A stretch of DNA of 64,000 nucleotides from Octopus bimaculoides (GCF_001194135.2 NC_068987.1:60062554-60126553), one strand, 5' to 3'; shown: positions 26,795 to 40,134, counted from the first letter of the stretch. Numbers and translations are program-made. Notes: generated by a model from the sequence alone, not told the origin.

Positions 26795-26965
26795 CCCTTC
26801 TACAATAGACAAAAGGCCTGAAATTTTATTGGGGCTAGTCGAGTACATCGGCTCCAGTGCTCAACTGGTGCTTATTTTATTGAAAAGGCAGCGTTGTTCT
26901 CAGTGGTTTTGAACTCAGAACATAAATATGTGCCACTAAGCACCAAAACTTCCGTTCGTTTCTTA
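26795..26965 (-). mobile_element. Degenerate family B SINE
   Basis: acaaaaggcctgaaattttattggggctagtcgagtacatcggctccagtgctcaactggtgcttattttat...ttgaactcagaac. Confidence 0.7.
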
Positions 26966-27237
26966 AGCGAAAATAAGGCAAGTTTTAAACACAAAGCAAT
27001 TTATTCAATCAATAATCTAATTACCGTTTCATTCCAGTATTTTCTGCAATATTGTTGGCTGATGCATTATTCTCTCCTCAAAGAATTTCCAGTTTCTACT
27101 GGAGGAAACTTTCTCCAGGTGAATTTTTACGTCCTCTTCAGATTTGAAGGTTTGTCCATGCAATGAACTTTGAGGAGACCGAAACAGGTGGAAATTTGAA
27201 GGCACACGGTTGGGTGACTATGGATAGTTCAGCGAAA

Positions 27238-28010
27238 CTTACCAACCAAGCTCCAGTAACATTTGCCACGTTTGCAAAGAAGCGTGCAGTCTTGCAGCGT
27301 CGTGATGAAAGACAATATCCTTACGATTAGCTGGTGTTTGACGCTTCTGATAGATCGCTGCATTTGATTTGACTAGCTGGTCAAAGTTCCCGTCCAAATT
27401 GATAATGCTATTCATGAGAAGGTCGAAAAGACAACATTCCAATCCCAACGAACTGAATTGAAGGCATAACTTTCAAATTGAACACAAACTTCTTCGCGTG
27501 AAATCCTTCGCTGGAAGTTGTTTGTAGTGGTTTGCCACGCTTCTCATTGTTATAAACGATCAAGTTTTGGTCCCCTGTCACCATTTTCTTCAAAACGGTA
27601 TCGTTTTCTTCACTTTTCTGCGACAATGGAAGATGAAAATCAAATGGGCAAGGTTAGTGTTATTCAATTTATGTGGGATCCAAACTTCGAGCCTAATGAC
27701 GTAACCAAGTTGATACAGATGGTTTTCAATACACGATTGTAACCATTCTGGTCGTATACCGGAGGCGGGGTGAGAGTGGAGGTTTGGTCGTTGTTAATCT
27801 CAGTTGGCCGGCCAGAGTGAGGTGCATCTTGAACCGAAAAATTTCCCGATCTGAATTTTGAAAACTACTTCTCGCATAAACGTTCCGTAATAGAGTCTCC
27901 TCCGTAAGTAATGCATATGTTCCTGCAGAGTTCTGTCACTTTTCTGCTTTTCTTAAATTGAAAAATCATGAGGTGTCGATAATGCTCGTTTTGATTTTCC
28001 TTTTTCGGTA
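27238..28010 (-). mobile_element. Decayed mariner (DD34D-type) transposase relic
   Basis: NEHYRHLMIFQF..ICITYGGDSITER..FSKFRSGNFSVQDAPHSGRP; GYVIRLEVWIPHKL (WVPHEL motif); MVTGDQNLIVYNN; IVFHHDAARLHASLQTWQMLLELGW. Confidence 0.9.
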
Positions 28011-28029
28011 TGATTTCTTGATTTTCCTA

Positions 28030-28330
28030 GCTGGAAGACAAGCACTCGGCCCTTAAGTGTCCTTTTGTCCCGTACTTAAAGCACCGAGGCTTCCTCCATT
28101 CAACATTAACTTTTAGTACTGTCTCCTTTATAAATATTCTGTCAAGTACATTTTCTAAGTCACTGAGTGCGGCTTGTACCAACATCTCGATGCTCTGCCT
28201 CGACCAATTTTGGGAGCGGAGCGTGTCACCTTTACTATTTCAATTATTTCATCTCGCTGGTACATCAGAGCGGCCACAACCCAAGCGTCCTCTGTCTGGG
28301 GTGGCACTCCTAAAATTTTCACTCAACTCT
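28030..28330 (-). mobile_element. LINE ORF1 (Tx1/L1-like gag-type) relic with zinc knuckle
   Basis: KILGVPPQTEDAWVVAAL...; after a frameshift VEWRKPR-CFKYGTKGHLRAEC (28083->28042), i.e. CX2CX4HX4C with the second C mutated to Y. Confidence 0.65.
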
Positions 28331-29064
28331 GAACTTTTGATCTCACTCGAATCTTTATTATTTATACTTTACTTGGACCTGTCTATCTCTCGCAAGGGGG
28401 CGTCGTAACTCTCATCACAACAATAACACAAAAATATGGAAGTACAGTTTTTATCTTAAAGCATTGAATATCTTGTTCTCTTTTCGATATTTTATTCCAA
28501 TTTTTTGTTATACCCCACATCTAAATAACAACAGGAAGATAAAGTTTTCATTCATTAAGTTATGTTTATTAATGTGTTTTAGCGCGAGTTTTTAACTTTG
28601 TAACATTCTCGACCTGGTATGGCATGAATTGACCAGCGATAATTTATTTACTATATATTCATATATGTGTGTGTGTGCTGTGTTTATGTATGTGTATCTA
28701 TCTTGTAGACTGTCATAGACTGTTAAATAGGATAGAACGTTAAACTGAATAACATCAGTACTTAGTACCTGCAAGTTCTACATTCAAATTGTGCTAGAGC
28801 ACTCTTGGTCTTCCATATCTACGCAGTTGATAAAATAATACGAGAAGTGTATTTGCGTTGATCCAACGGATTAATGATGTGTGTCAATGTTTTAATCTAA
28901 GAAATTATTGCAACCTGTCTTGGAAGTTTTCTCCGAAATCTACAACGCAGCTTCAACATTCATTTGAAATACTTTTACTCTAGTTATGGTTTATAATTCC
29001 CTTGATAATAACGTTAATGAAAACCTACCTCTATAAAATGATTGACGTCAACAGAAACTGTCAA

Positions 29065-29403
29065 TGTTGTTGTTTAGCTCCATATCAGTAATATTGGAGC
29101 AGGTCTATGATCAAAAGAGTCCCAGAAATGACTATTCAGTCTTTTATATAATCAGGACTACATTATTTAATGTGTCTTTTTTTTTATTTTGGTTCAGAGA
29201 GCAGTGAGTGATTTGTGGGAGATATTTCTTCCATTTCTACCACGAAAACCGACGATTTTAAATGTTCCTCGGTGATTTATTGATACTTATATCACCTGTG
29301 TTTTCCAAGCTGTCACCCATCTAAATACTAACCAAGCTGGAGATTGCTAAATTTCGGTGATCAGAAGGAAGCTGGCGTTCTCGGTGTGATGTGAGCATAA
29401 TCT
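29065..29403 (-). mobile_element. 5S rRNA-derived SINE (SINE3-like) with ~220-bp body/tail ending (AAC)n
   Basis: Minus 29403->29285 reads ...ctgatcaccgaaatttagcaatctccagcttggttagtatttagatgggtgacagcttggaaaacacaggtg, a degenerate 5S (A box, GGTTAGTA, C box). It continues into a non-5S body ending ctgatatggagctaaacaacaac. Confidence 0.75.
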
Positions 29404-30659
29404 AAACAAAAAAGATATTGTTACTGGTGAGTGATATTTGGCAAGATTTAATCTGTTGAGATATTAAATGCGTAACTAACTGCAAGTAAAATTTATTATT
29501 GGAATGTTCATCTTTAGTAGCCATGAAGAGGTTTTGTTGTATTTGTGACCTTTGTACAATATTTTTGTCATTACAGAAGTTGTAATATCGTGTTTTTGCT
29601 ATAATTAGAACTATAGTTCAGGAAAAGTCTATATCAATTAGCATTTTCTCTCAAGAAAAATGCGCTACAGTGACATTTATATTTTTTTCTGGAAACCACT
29701 TCTATAAGGAGTGTTATTGAACTATGGCAAACGTTTGTGAACAATCGCCAGAAGTAGCATCTAAATAGCATCAACGTGCTGAAAGAAAATAAGTACTAGT
29801 TAATAAAATGGTTAAGTGGATTCAAATTCGGCCAAATAGAAATTGGATTTTTTAAAAAAGAAAATAATTGTATTCAATTGCTATCTCATAGTCTTCAGTT
29901 TTCTAATCTTAATATTTTTTTTTAAACATTAGATTATGATTTCAAGGGTTAAAACATTTTAAAACGCCTTTATATTAAAGTATCACACTAGTATAAGATT
30001 CAATTAAAGGAAATAATGGCTGATTCTATATGTTTTTTTTTGCTCTAAGTTACTTATTTTCGACTCTAAATTGTCTGTGGCTCGACAACAACAATCTTCA
30101 AGTAGCGACTCACATAATTTCAGTTTTGAATAGATAGCAACTGTATTTAATTTCAAAAATATCGTCTACCCTCAGTGCAAACGCTCAACAATACAATGTT
30201 AAGATTTAGTGTCAAAGAAATAAGTTTCACGAGATATTGAATAAAGCTGTACAATTATTAAAAAATTTCCCGAAGATTTGTAATACATTTATTGCTTCTT
30301 CCATTACTTTTATTTTCTCAAAGTATTAGTTAATATAAAGGAAATGTAACAATAAAAGATATATTACACTGTATTCTTGTGCATAGTGCCATATAATGTA
30401 GAAGGAAAGCAGTGTTTAACAAAATGGAGGGTGTAAGTGAAATCTGTTAACAAAATGATAAAGCTATTCAAGAAAGAAATATTGTTTTATTGGGATATGC
30501 TGTGAAATGACACGAGTACAAAATTGTCTCGTGTATCTCAAATTATTGAGTTACATCCCTTATCATACAGCATTTGAATATGAATTCTTAATTCATTTCT
30601 TACGTAAGAAAGTAATATGTTTTAAATGCCTCCTACAACTGTATGTATGATGCTTATAA

Positions 30660-31150
30660 ATTTCAGTTCAATGATTTTAATCCCGACGTCAGATTCCTCT
30701 GGTTGATAGAAATGATCGACAAGTGTCACTTACATTACCTTCACCACATTCTGTTCGGAGGCAAAATATCAGTTAACACTATAGAAAGCCCTGTTGCAAG
30801 TTATAGGGGGAAAAGAGATTAGCATTCATATAGTACAATACCATTTGGACATCCAGTCTTCGGTAACGTAACAGTACGAGTTGAAAGTTATTTTTGTTAT
30901 CTATATGTTTATGTAAGCGTTTGCATGCGTCTTATGCTTGTTATCTTTTGTGCGTGTGAAAAAATAACCACTAGTTTAAGCTTTTGAAGAATTTCATACA
31001 CAAGAATAAGATGCGAATATATTATGTTGAGATCACCAATCATAATTTATCAGAAGGCAAACCGAATTTCCACGTAGTTTTGTGACAAGAAAATTTCTGA
31101 CATGAAAGTCGTCTTTGTTATCGATATAGAAATGTTGTATAAACTCGAAT
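30660..31150 (+). mobile_element. Possible decayed Penelope-like element (RT thumb + GIY-YIG-like relic)
   Basis: FNDFNPDVRFLWLIEMIDK resembles PLE FNxFHPxIKFTxExE. The downstream IFCACEE..KMRI..QI..GKPNFHVVF peptides (read mainly from the inverted copy at 32641-32830) only weakly resemble the GIY-YIG region. Confidence 0.4.
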
Positions 31151-31806
31151 TTTATTCTGTCCCATTGACAAAGAGACCCAGCTACCGTTATGGCTGCCAT
31201 GATTGAGTGAGAAATTCAAAGCTAGGCACATTTAGCTAGCAACATTTCCTATGAGAAGAATTAAAATTAATATTCAGAGATAGCAATACACTTACATATC
31301 CCATATTAACGCTGCTTTTCTCGGAAAAAAAACTGATCCACTCCTCAGCACTGATATCCTTTTTAATAGACACTAACTTCAAGCTTAAGTGCCATAACGT
31401 TTGCCAAAATTCTGTACCAGGGATAAGTTATGAACCCAGTCCTCCTGCTGTATTTCAAATGGAAAATAAATGAAAAGCAGTGACAGAGATAATTGTTTTA
31501 AAGAGGTAAAAGCAACAGGGAAAAAATCTTATTTGCTACCCATGAGCGTATACAAGCATGGAAGTATCCAGTCATATATCGTGGGCCGATTACTGAACAA
31601 AAAAGGATTGTAAGTAAAATACATGAATATATCCTATAGAGAGCTCTACTGCTTCTTCTACTATTGGCCTTTACATGATGCTGATTTTCAAAATTAACAA
31701 GAAGTTATTGTAACGGGAAATAGATGATATTTGTCCCCTACTGAGATCCAAAAAGATGAAAGGTCAATAGAGATAGGCAGATATATACATTGAGAATGTA
31801 AACGTT

Positions 31807-31843
<37 letters not shown>

Positions 31844-32830
31844 AGGCATTTTGCCAATCATTCTGCTGGTTCTTCTATCCGCTATTCTTTCTCTTTCTAT
31901 ACAATATCGTAATATTGAATTTTTATCCTTGTCTTATAATCATAAATGTATAATGTGTAACAAGACGTCAAAAATATTACATGAATGGTTATTTTATTTA
32001 TCTAAAAGTTGGTTACTGATCTATTATGTACAAACGCATTTTATTATTGAGAAAAGAATTACAAAATGTATTGTTTGAGCTGTTTTAAGAGGCATTAATA
32101 TGTTGAGTGAAGAGAAATAAGTCCAACTGTGTCGTATTCTGTTTTGAGCAGCGAGTTACCTACCTTCAGCTAAATGAACTAGCTCATTTTCGTAGGTTCT
32201 ATCAGCGCATTTTCAGCCGGTTGACTAGCAAAGTAGGGGATAAGATGCAAACGTCTGACGTCTCAGCTGATATTCCCTTTCACTTTCCACGATCACATGT
32301 ATTATATAATGAAGATGAGTTGATTGCATTGTTGTTTTTGAGTGGCAACATTGACAGACTACCCAGTCGACGCAGTAAGTTTAACCTTCTATCAACCAGC
32401 TGCCCAATTAGTAAGTTTTAAAAAGTACAGCGAAAACAAATTTATACAGAAAACAGCTTGTGTAAAATATAAACTTAGTGAAAAATTAAATATAAATCAA
32501 AGGAATAATTAGGTATGTTGCAAAACATCTGTTGGATGACCTGCGTACCGGTGTGTTTGAATCTGACTTCAGAATGAAATTTAATTATGTAATTAGTTGT
32601 TTTAATGATTCGGTAAATAAGCTGCTTTGAGGATGTTTACTTCTTGTCAGAAAACTACGTGGAAATTCGGTTTGCCTTCTCATAAATTACCATTGGTGAT
32701 CTGAACATAATATATTCGCATCTTATTCGTGCGTATGATATTCTTCAACAGCCTAACCTAGTGGTTATTTCTTCACACGCACAAAAGATTGCAAGCATAA
32801 GACACACGCCTAGGCTTACACAAACATACG
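30903..32830. repeat. ~190-bp inverted repeat pair (30903-31091 and 32641-32830) separated by ~1.55 kb
   Basis: The reverse complement of 32641-32830 aligns along its length with 30903-31091 (e.g. ataagatgcgaatatattatgtt.agatcacc, gaaggcaaaccgaatttccacgtagtttt.tgacaagaa). Confidence 0.9.
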
Positions 32831-34402
32831 TGTAACATATAAATGATATATGTGTATGTGTACATTTGTATATATATATAGCTATATGAATTACATACAT
32901 ATATATATGTGTGAATGTGTGTGAGTGTATGTGTGTGTGTGGGTGTGTGCGTGCGTGTGTTATATACAGATGAGCTCCCTTAAACTTTTCGCAAGAAATA
33001 GGAGCAAGGGTAACAATTGTGAACAGAATTCGCCACCAGATCCCAGAATTAGGAATAACGAAAAACTTGTAGGAAATACTCACGAACAAAAATCATTTTT
33101 AAAATCACATAAGTGATGCAAAAGAATAAATGCAGTTTCCTGGTTTTACACTTTAGAAGGTTCATTATAGAACTGCAAGCGACTTGTGATTTGATGAAAT
33201 CTCTCTCAATGATTTTTTAAATAAGTTCATATCTGTACTCTATTTGTTTATCACTCATGTACAATCCTGATAACTGCTTATCTGACATTGTTGACATTAA
33301 ACAGGTTTTTACTCTTCGCCTATTGCTGACAAACCGCTTGAGTAATAAAATCAATAAGTATTGAGGTAATAACAGCAGCTAGTCGAACAGATGCGAGTTA
33401 ATCAGTGTGTTCAAGTAATTCCTGAAGTTTGTGTTCACATTCATCATCTGGTTTTCGAGTTTCTTTCTTTCTAACTAGATTTTAAACCAAGTAACTGCCT
33501 CAGCTTCTGCGTTTTCAATTTGATACAGATTAATGACATATGTACACGTCTCAATGAATTATTCCTTTGTAAGCTTTTGAAGTTTTAGTAAATGAAGTGA
33601 ATAAAGACGGTAAATGTGATACAAAGACTCTCTGCAAACATCTTCTATAGCTGAACCATTAAAATTGGAACGAAATGCCTGCCGATCACACTGCCTGGTA
33701 AGGGATAACTCAAAGCCTAATTTTTCAGTCAGTTGTTTGACTTTGAAAATGATTTTCTTGAATCGCTCCTCTGGCTTTTCTCTGCGGCCATTGAACCAAT
33801 TTCAGCGCTTCTAGACATAATTATACAATTTCACTACATCAAGCAGTACAACATGCAGAGCTTCTATTATTGATTCCAGTCGTACTGAATACTTTGAAAT
33901 GATAATTAGACAGACGAGAAAATTTGTTGTACGCGAAGTTCTATTGGATGAGCTTCTTGGCGTGTTTTACCTGAAGCTGTATTGGTCAGTATTAAAATCT
34001 TTGCAGACGAAATGAAGTTACTCCTACAATTTACATTTTGCAGTCCTACTGCAGTTTCATTTTACATTTTGCAGTCCTACTTGTTTCATGTAATAGTGAC
34101 ACACTGTAATGTCAAGAGTAAAGTAATGATATTTTAACTGTGGCAATAGAAATCCATATGTGTAACATTGCATTAAGGTCGTTTTCAAGATTTAGTTTAT
34201 GCGCAGCAGAAAGAACTCGGGTAATTTTGGGATCTTTGCTCTTTATTTTAGCTTGCACAACAATATGTTTTCATGTCATTGTCCTGTTGTACCTTTGGTC
34301 GCATAGTTTGGTACTGTCAGATTTAACACCATTTTCTAAATTCATGAATGAATGCATTGACAATAAAGACAGAACACACTCGCGCGCTCACACACGTGCA
34401 CA

Positions 34403-34408
34403 CACACC

Positions 34409-34474
<66 letters not shown>
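34403..34474 (+). repeat. (CA)n microsatellite
   Basis: Seen directly. Confidence 0.98.
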
Positions 34475-34478
<4 letters not shown>

Positions 34479-34670
34479 TATTTATATAGACACATAAATA
34501 TGTATATGTGCTTGTCTACGTGTGGCTTTTGCGTTTGTTTGTTTCGTATTTAAATGGTTCGATAGGAAGATCAATAAAATAAGTACAAGACTTAAAATAA
34601 GTAGTCCAATAAACGAAACCAATAAAAGAATATCAGTATAAGAAAAACGCTTTTTCGTGGTTATTAGTTG

Positions 34671-35036
34671 TTTTGACTCTTGTTTCTAGCAATGCTGGTG
34701 CTAACTATTACTCTCAGTCACTTCAGTGACACTTATACTACTGCCTTTTGGCTGTAAATTTCGAATAAGCCACCTTTGTTTTTTATAATTATCACTTTTA
34801 CCATTTATGAAACCAGCGTACAATTTCTAAGGTAACTCTTATAAACTGACAAGACAACCTAGCTTAACCCTAGGCATCCGGGTGAGAGCCACTGACAAGA
34901 ATCAATCAAATGCAAAATCACTGGTGATCTGGCTATGCCCCGATGCTGTAGGGAGTTTTCCTCCCTTGTTAGTCATAAGTGCTTTCATATGGCTATGAGT
35001 TCTTTTGACTCTTGTTTCTAGCAATGCTGGTGCTAA
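34671..35036 (+). repeat. Perfect 34-bp direct repeat (34671-34704 and 35003-35036) flanking ~300 bp
   Basis: ttttgactcttgtttctagcaatgctggtgctaa is identical in both positions. Confidence 0.95.
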
Positions 35037-35182
35037 TAGTACCCATAGTGTTTTTACTGACATCTATATATACATATATATGTGTGAGTGAGTGTGTGTG
35101 TGTACGTGCGTGTGTGAGTGTGTGTTGTGTGTGTGTGTGTGTGTGTGTGTCTGTCTGTCTGTATGTGTGTCTNNNNNNNNNN

Positions 35183-35214
<32 letters not shown>

Positions 35215-36387
35215 AGTTGGAGAGTGTTTGTGGATATTTGTTTGGATATTATAAATCAAAAGGCACGAAATGGTGAAGCAAACCTCATCAGGAATCTAAT
35301 TATAGTTCACTGCTAATAGTTACTAATTAGGATCGTTTAACGATTTTATATGAGAATATATACCAATTCACATTTGAGCTTTTTGCTGTTTGCTACTTTG
35401 TGTCTGTTATATGATTTATGACTTTTGAAAAACGAATATCTTTATACCGAGGTCTATTTTATATCTACCTTTTAACACCTACCTTTTAAAAAACTTCTGC
35501 ATATTTGCGTGTATGCGCATGTGTGTGTATGTATGTATGTATGTATGTATGTATGTTATGTATATATGTATGTATGTATGTATGTGTGTGCGTGTGTGTA
35601 TGTGTGTGTGTGTGTATGTGTGTGTCTGTATGTGTGTATGTGAACGTATGTGTTTTATAATCATGCTCGCGGATTTGGGGCTGAGAAACGATCGATTGGA
35701 TAAGAAGTCCGCTTGCAATGACGAGCACTCGAGCTCGTGACTGCTGTCTGTCATTTTGGTATGAGTCCTCTCACGTAGGTTCGAGTGGACCAAACACTTA
35801 TAAAGAAAGGAAATAAGGTTGAAGGAAACGAGATCATAAGCTGAAATTCAACAGTACTGCTTTTTAACACGCTGTGCTATGCTGATATTGCCAGGTGATA
35901 TCGTTATTTCACAACCGCTGAGAGATCATCACCTCGTATACATCTATTTCTACAGAGATGCGTCTGTAACAAAACACTAAACTACCAAATGCCCCAGATC
36001 ATTTAGTGGTAAATATATAACGCTAGGAATGAACAACATTCCGCTAAATGCACATCAGAGTTGACAATGGATCCTTTAATTTTCAGCATCAACTTCTGTA
36101 AATTGAAAATCGAATGTAATTTTTTCTTGAATCATTAGATGAAAAGCAATTCTTTATTGGTGATCCTCAATCAGCAGCAGAGTTCCAGTACTCTAAGGAT
36201 AATGATTATATACATGGAACGATATTTTTTCACTGATATGATGTCTCATTATCTATATTCATGCTAGGAAAAACATAATTACGGAAAGGAAATACTGTGA
36301 AAGAAGAAACACAAGTGTGTGTTGTGAAGGAAAAGAAATGTATTGCTTTCCGATGACTTTTTGAAATGTGATGATTCACATCTAAAG

Positions 36388-36490
36388 CTGGAAATAATTT
36401 CTACATCGGAATTGAACCTTTCAATGAATTTCGATATAAGAATTGCTTTGAAGTTCAGGCATATATCATCACAGCTCATAAAAGAATCAA
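36388..36490 (+). other. Candidate coding exon of an unidentified host gene
   Basis: Open frame GNNFYIGIEPFNEFRYKNCFEVQAYIITAHKRI followed by a GTAAGT donor at 36491; weak AAG acceptor. Confidence 0.25.
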
Positions 36491-37527
36491 GTAAGTATTT
36501 TCTTTTTTCTATTCAATGCTTGTATAAAGCTTACTTTACACAAGCGTTGACATAAGGTAAGACATAAAATAATGATTCATAATTCATTCAGTTCACGCAG
36601 ATAAAAACGAAATACAGCTCGCGGTTTCCAGTTTCATCAATATGATATATCACCTCGTGTATACATACAATATTTGTAGCATAGTAATTCACTATCAAAT
36701 GATCAGAGATATACAGTTTAATTACCATCTTAAAACTTATCCGATTATTTACAATTGGAAGTTGAGATATACTATAGTAAGTATAATAATTGGAATAATA
36801 CTTCATATATATATCCAATCACATTTCTGTTATCTAGAAGAATTGTTGCAAGCAAGTAAGTAATTCTACTCTTCTAGTCAGAATAGAGTCAGAATAAATG
36901 CCATTATTTCTTCCAGCGTTACGTTCTGTGTTCAAATCTCACCGTGGTCAACTTATCCTTTCGAGGTCGATAAAATAAAGTAACAGTCAATTAACTGACA
37001 TCTCTTCTTTTTAAGTTGCTCTTCTGCAAAACTTAGGAATCATTATTTTAGATGATTGCATGAACCCGGCAATCATAGTCCTTTCGTGCCTTCAACGGAA
37101 GGTCACCTGTTTGAAGATGACTTTTGTCTTTTCTCCCACCAGTGCCGGATTTCCTGCAAAGGGCCAAGAGATTTGTATTCACACTAAAGAGGCCAGCTGT
37201 AACTCGCAGACGACTATGGTAATATGTACCATACTTTTGCAAATTGTCTTCGGTTCCAACATAGTCAGTAGCCAACATAAACACCGTCTCGACACTCCCA
37301 CCCTTTGACCCAACGGCACATACATGATGTGAGATCGTTGTCACACACTGTCACACATTGTGTCTGACAAATTGAGCCTGAGAATTACGTTATGAGTACA
37401 TGTGGCTGAGTACTCATATTCAACGAACAACCGAGATCCACCAGCCCCCACTATCTCCATACTTACACACACATACATGTATGTGCGTATATCTATATAT
37501 ACATACATACATGCATACATACACACA

Positions 37528-37593
<66 letters not shown>

Positions 37594-37836
37594 GAAGAGG
37601 ACAACAAACGTTAAGGGAAGGAAAACGTATATGACTTTAGATGTTTGCCTTGCCTTAACGTTTGTTGTCCTCTTTACCAATTATATATCCTCTCTATCGG
37701 AAATCTGCAATGAATTCATAACTACCGTCTCGACTATAACCTTGGAGCCCTACTAATCCGTAACAGCACCTTCTTAGCGTACCTAGTCGTTTAGATCACC
37801 TTTGAACTAAACCCCCATACTTGGCATATAGATAGT

Positions 37837-37880
<44 letters not shown>

Positions 37881-38249
37881 CTATAATTGAATATAATTTG
37901 GGTAAAAGCTGGTAGTGCGCTATACAAGGCCATCCACAGAAAGACTTCTTGAAACATTTTATGTCTTCGATGGATGACAGTCATTAGGTAATATGTTAAT
38001 TATATCACCTCACCAATGAACTACGAGCGTACCGAGTATCGATATAAAAGAATGTCGTTCATTTCATTTTCTCTCTCTCTCACTCTATCTATCTATCTAT
38101 CTATCTATCTATATATATANNNNNNNNNNNNNNNNNNNNNNNNNNNNNNNNNNNNNNNNNNNNNNNNNNNNNNNNNNNNNNNNNNNNNNNGTTATTTGAT
38201 ATTATACTATTGTTAGTAGTTAAAGCAGTTCCTATTTAATATTGGTTTA

Positions 38250-38458
38250 AAATTTTCGCACGAGCCCAGCAATTTTGCAGGAATGGTTAAGTCGATTATA
38301 TCGACCCCAGTGCTCAACTAGTTCTTATTTTATCGCCTCCGAAATGGGTGAAAGGCAAAGTCGACCTCGGCGGAATTTTACCTCAGAGCATAAAAACGAA
38401 TGAAATATCGCTAAGTATTCTGTCCGGTGTGCTTACGATTCATTCAGCTCGTCGCCAT
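38250..38458 (-). mobile_element. Family B (Meta-like) SINE
   Basis: gtcgattatatcgaccccagtgctcaac...ggcaaagtcgacctcggcggaatttt...cagctcgtcgcc. Confidence 0.85.
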
Positions 38459-38884
38459 ATTTTTCCTATTTAATATTGAAAACAGGAAAATGCTAAGGAG
38501 ACACTATCAACTAAAAACTAAAAGAAAGTTAAATCAATAAGTGAATATGCCATTCAAAGCCTTATTATTTTACATGATTTTTACAAAGTAAACATCTCGC
38601 TTCTACACTAAAACGAAGACAGGTGTTATCAAGTCCAAACGAATTATCTTACTTTCAAGTATTTACTCATTGATACAAAGAATATCATAAATATTAACCA
38701 AGCAGTAACAATTACCTAGACACAGACTTCTTCGGCTTATGTTGGTGTTGCACACATAAATAGTAATACACTTAAGGGGAACATATAAACATGAGACAGC
38801 TAATTGGTAGTTTTCTCAGACTGTGGGAAAGAATGAATACCTTAGAGTTCGACTTTGTCTTCAGTAACTAAAGCACCAGTCTAG

Positions 38885-38887
38885 ATT

Positions 38888-38969
<82 letters not shown>

Positions 38970-39250
38970 ACTTTCTTCTCTTCTTCTCTTTCTATGTCTT
39001 AGTTTTACTTTTCTTAATTCCTCAATTTCAGTATTGTCGCATATCTTTTAGAAATTTTGTTTTTCCGTTTTTCCCTTATCTCTTACTCTCTCTCTCTCAC
39101 TCACTTTCTCCCTCTCTCTCACATACACACACACACACTCATACACTCACACACTATCCCTCTCTCTCTCTCTCTCTTCCCCACACACTCACTAACTAAC
39201 TCATTCTTTCTCTCTCTCTCTCTCTCGCACACACACACACATGCACACAC
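38885..39250 (+). repeat. (CT)n and mixed (CT/CA)n microsatellite field
   Basis: Seen directly. Confidence 0.9.
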
Positions 39251-39584
39251 AAACATACGTTTATTGAAAGATTCCTGGTGTGAAACCGTGTGTAGAAACA
39301 GATATTGTATTTCGGGATGGACATTTTTTTCTTTTTGCCAAATAAACACACACACTATATATTCGTTCTTCGTTCGTCTATTACTATTCTTTATTTTCTC
39401 TCATGTCCATTGTCTGGAAATTTTTCGTCACAGATCTGTGACCTTTTCAGCGACCCTTCTCATCATAGGAGTACAGAATGGACTAAGACTTCCAGACAAT
39501 GGACATAAGAGAAAATAAGAACAGTAATAAAGAACGAATATATAAACGGGTGTTTATTTGGCAAAAACAAAGAGACCATCACGG

Positions 39585-39725
39585 AAAGCTTGCTCCCAAC
39601 CACATGGTTCCAAGTTCAGTCCCACTGCATAGCACTTTGGGAAAGCGTCTTCTACTGTAGCCTCGGGCCGACCAAAACCTTGTGAGTGGATTTGTTAGTT
39701 GGAAACTGAAAGAAGCCCGTTGCAT
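39585..39725 (+). mobile_element. 5' half of family A SINE
   Basis: ccaaccacatggttccaagttcagtcccactgc...ctgtagcctcgggccgaccaaaaccttgtgagtggattt...ggaaactgaaagaagcccgt. Confidence 0.85.
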
Positions 39726-39744
39726 ATATATATATATATATGTG

Positions 39745-39786
<42 letters not shown>

Positions 39787-40134
39787 NNNNNNNNNNNNNN
39801 NNNNNNNNNNNNNNNNNNNNNNNNNNNNNNNNNNNNNNNNNNNNNNNNNNNNNNNNNNNNNNNNNNNNNNNNNNNNNNNNNNNNNNNNNNNNNNNNNNNN
39901 NNNNNNNNNNNNNNNNNNNNNNNNNNNNNNNNNNNNNNNNNNNNNNNNNNNNNNNNNNNNNNNNNNNNNNNNNNNNNNNNNNNNNNNNNNNNNNNNNNNN
40001 NNNNNNNNNNNNNNNNNNNNNNNNNNNNNNNNNNNNNNNNNNNNNNNNNNNNNNNNNNNNNNNNNNNNNNNNNNNNNNNNNNNNNNNNNNNNNNNNNNNN
40101 NNNNNNNNNNNNNNNNNNNNNNNNNNNNNNNNNN

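Noticed and set aside
29285-29403. Functional 5S rRNA gene
   Set aside because: Many substitutions including in the control region, no tandem array, and it is fused to a SINE-like body.
37048-37344. 98-aa minus-strand ORF and overlapping 82-aa plus-strand ORF in slightly GC-richer DNA
   Set aside because: No recognisable domain or convincing splice signals; probably an old repeat fragment.
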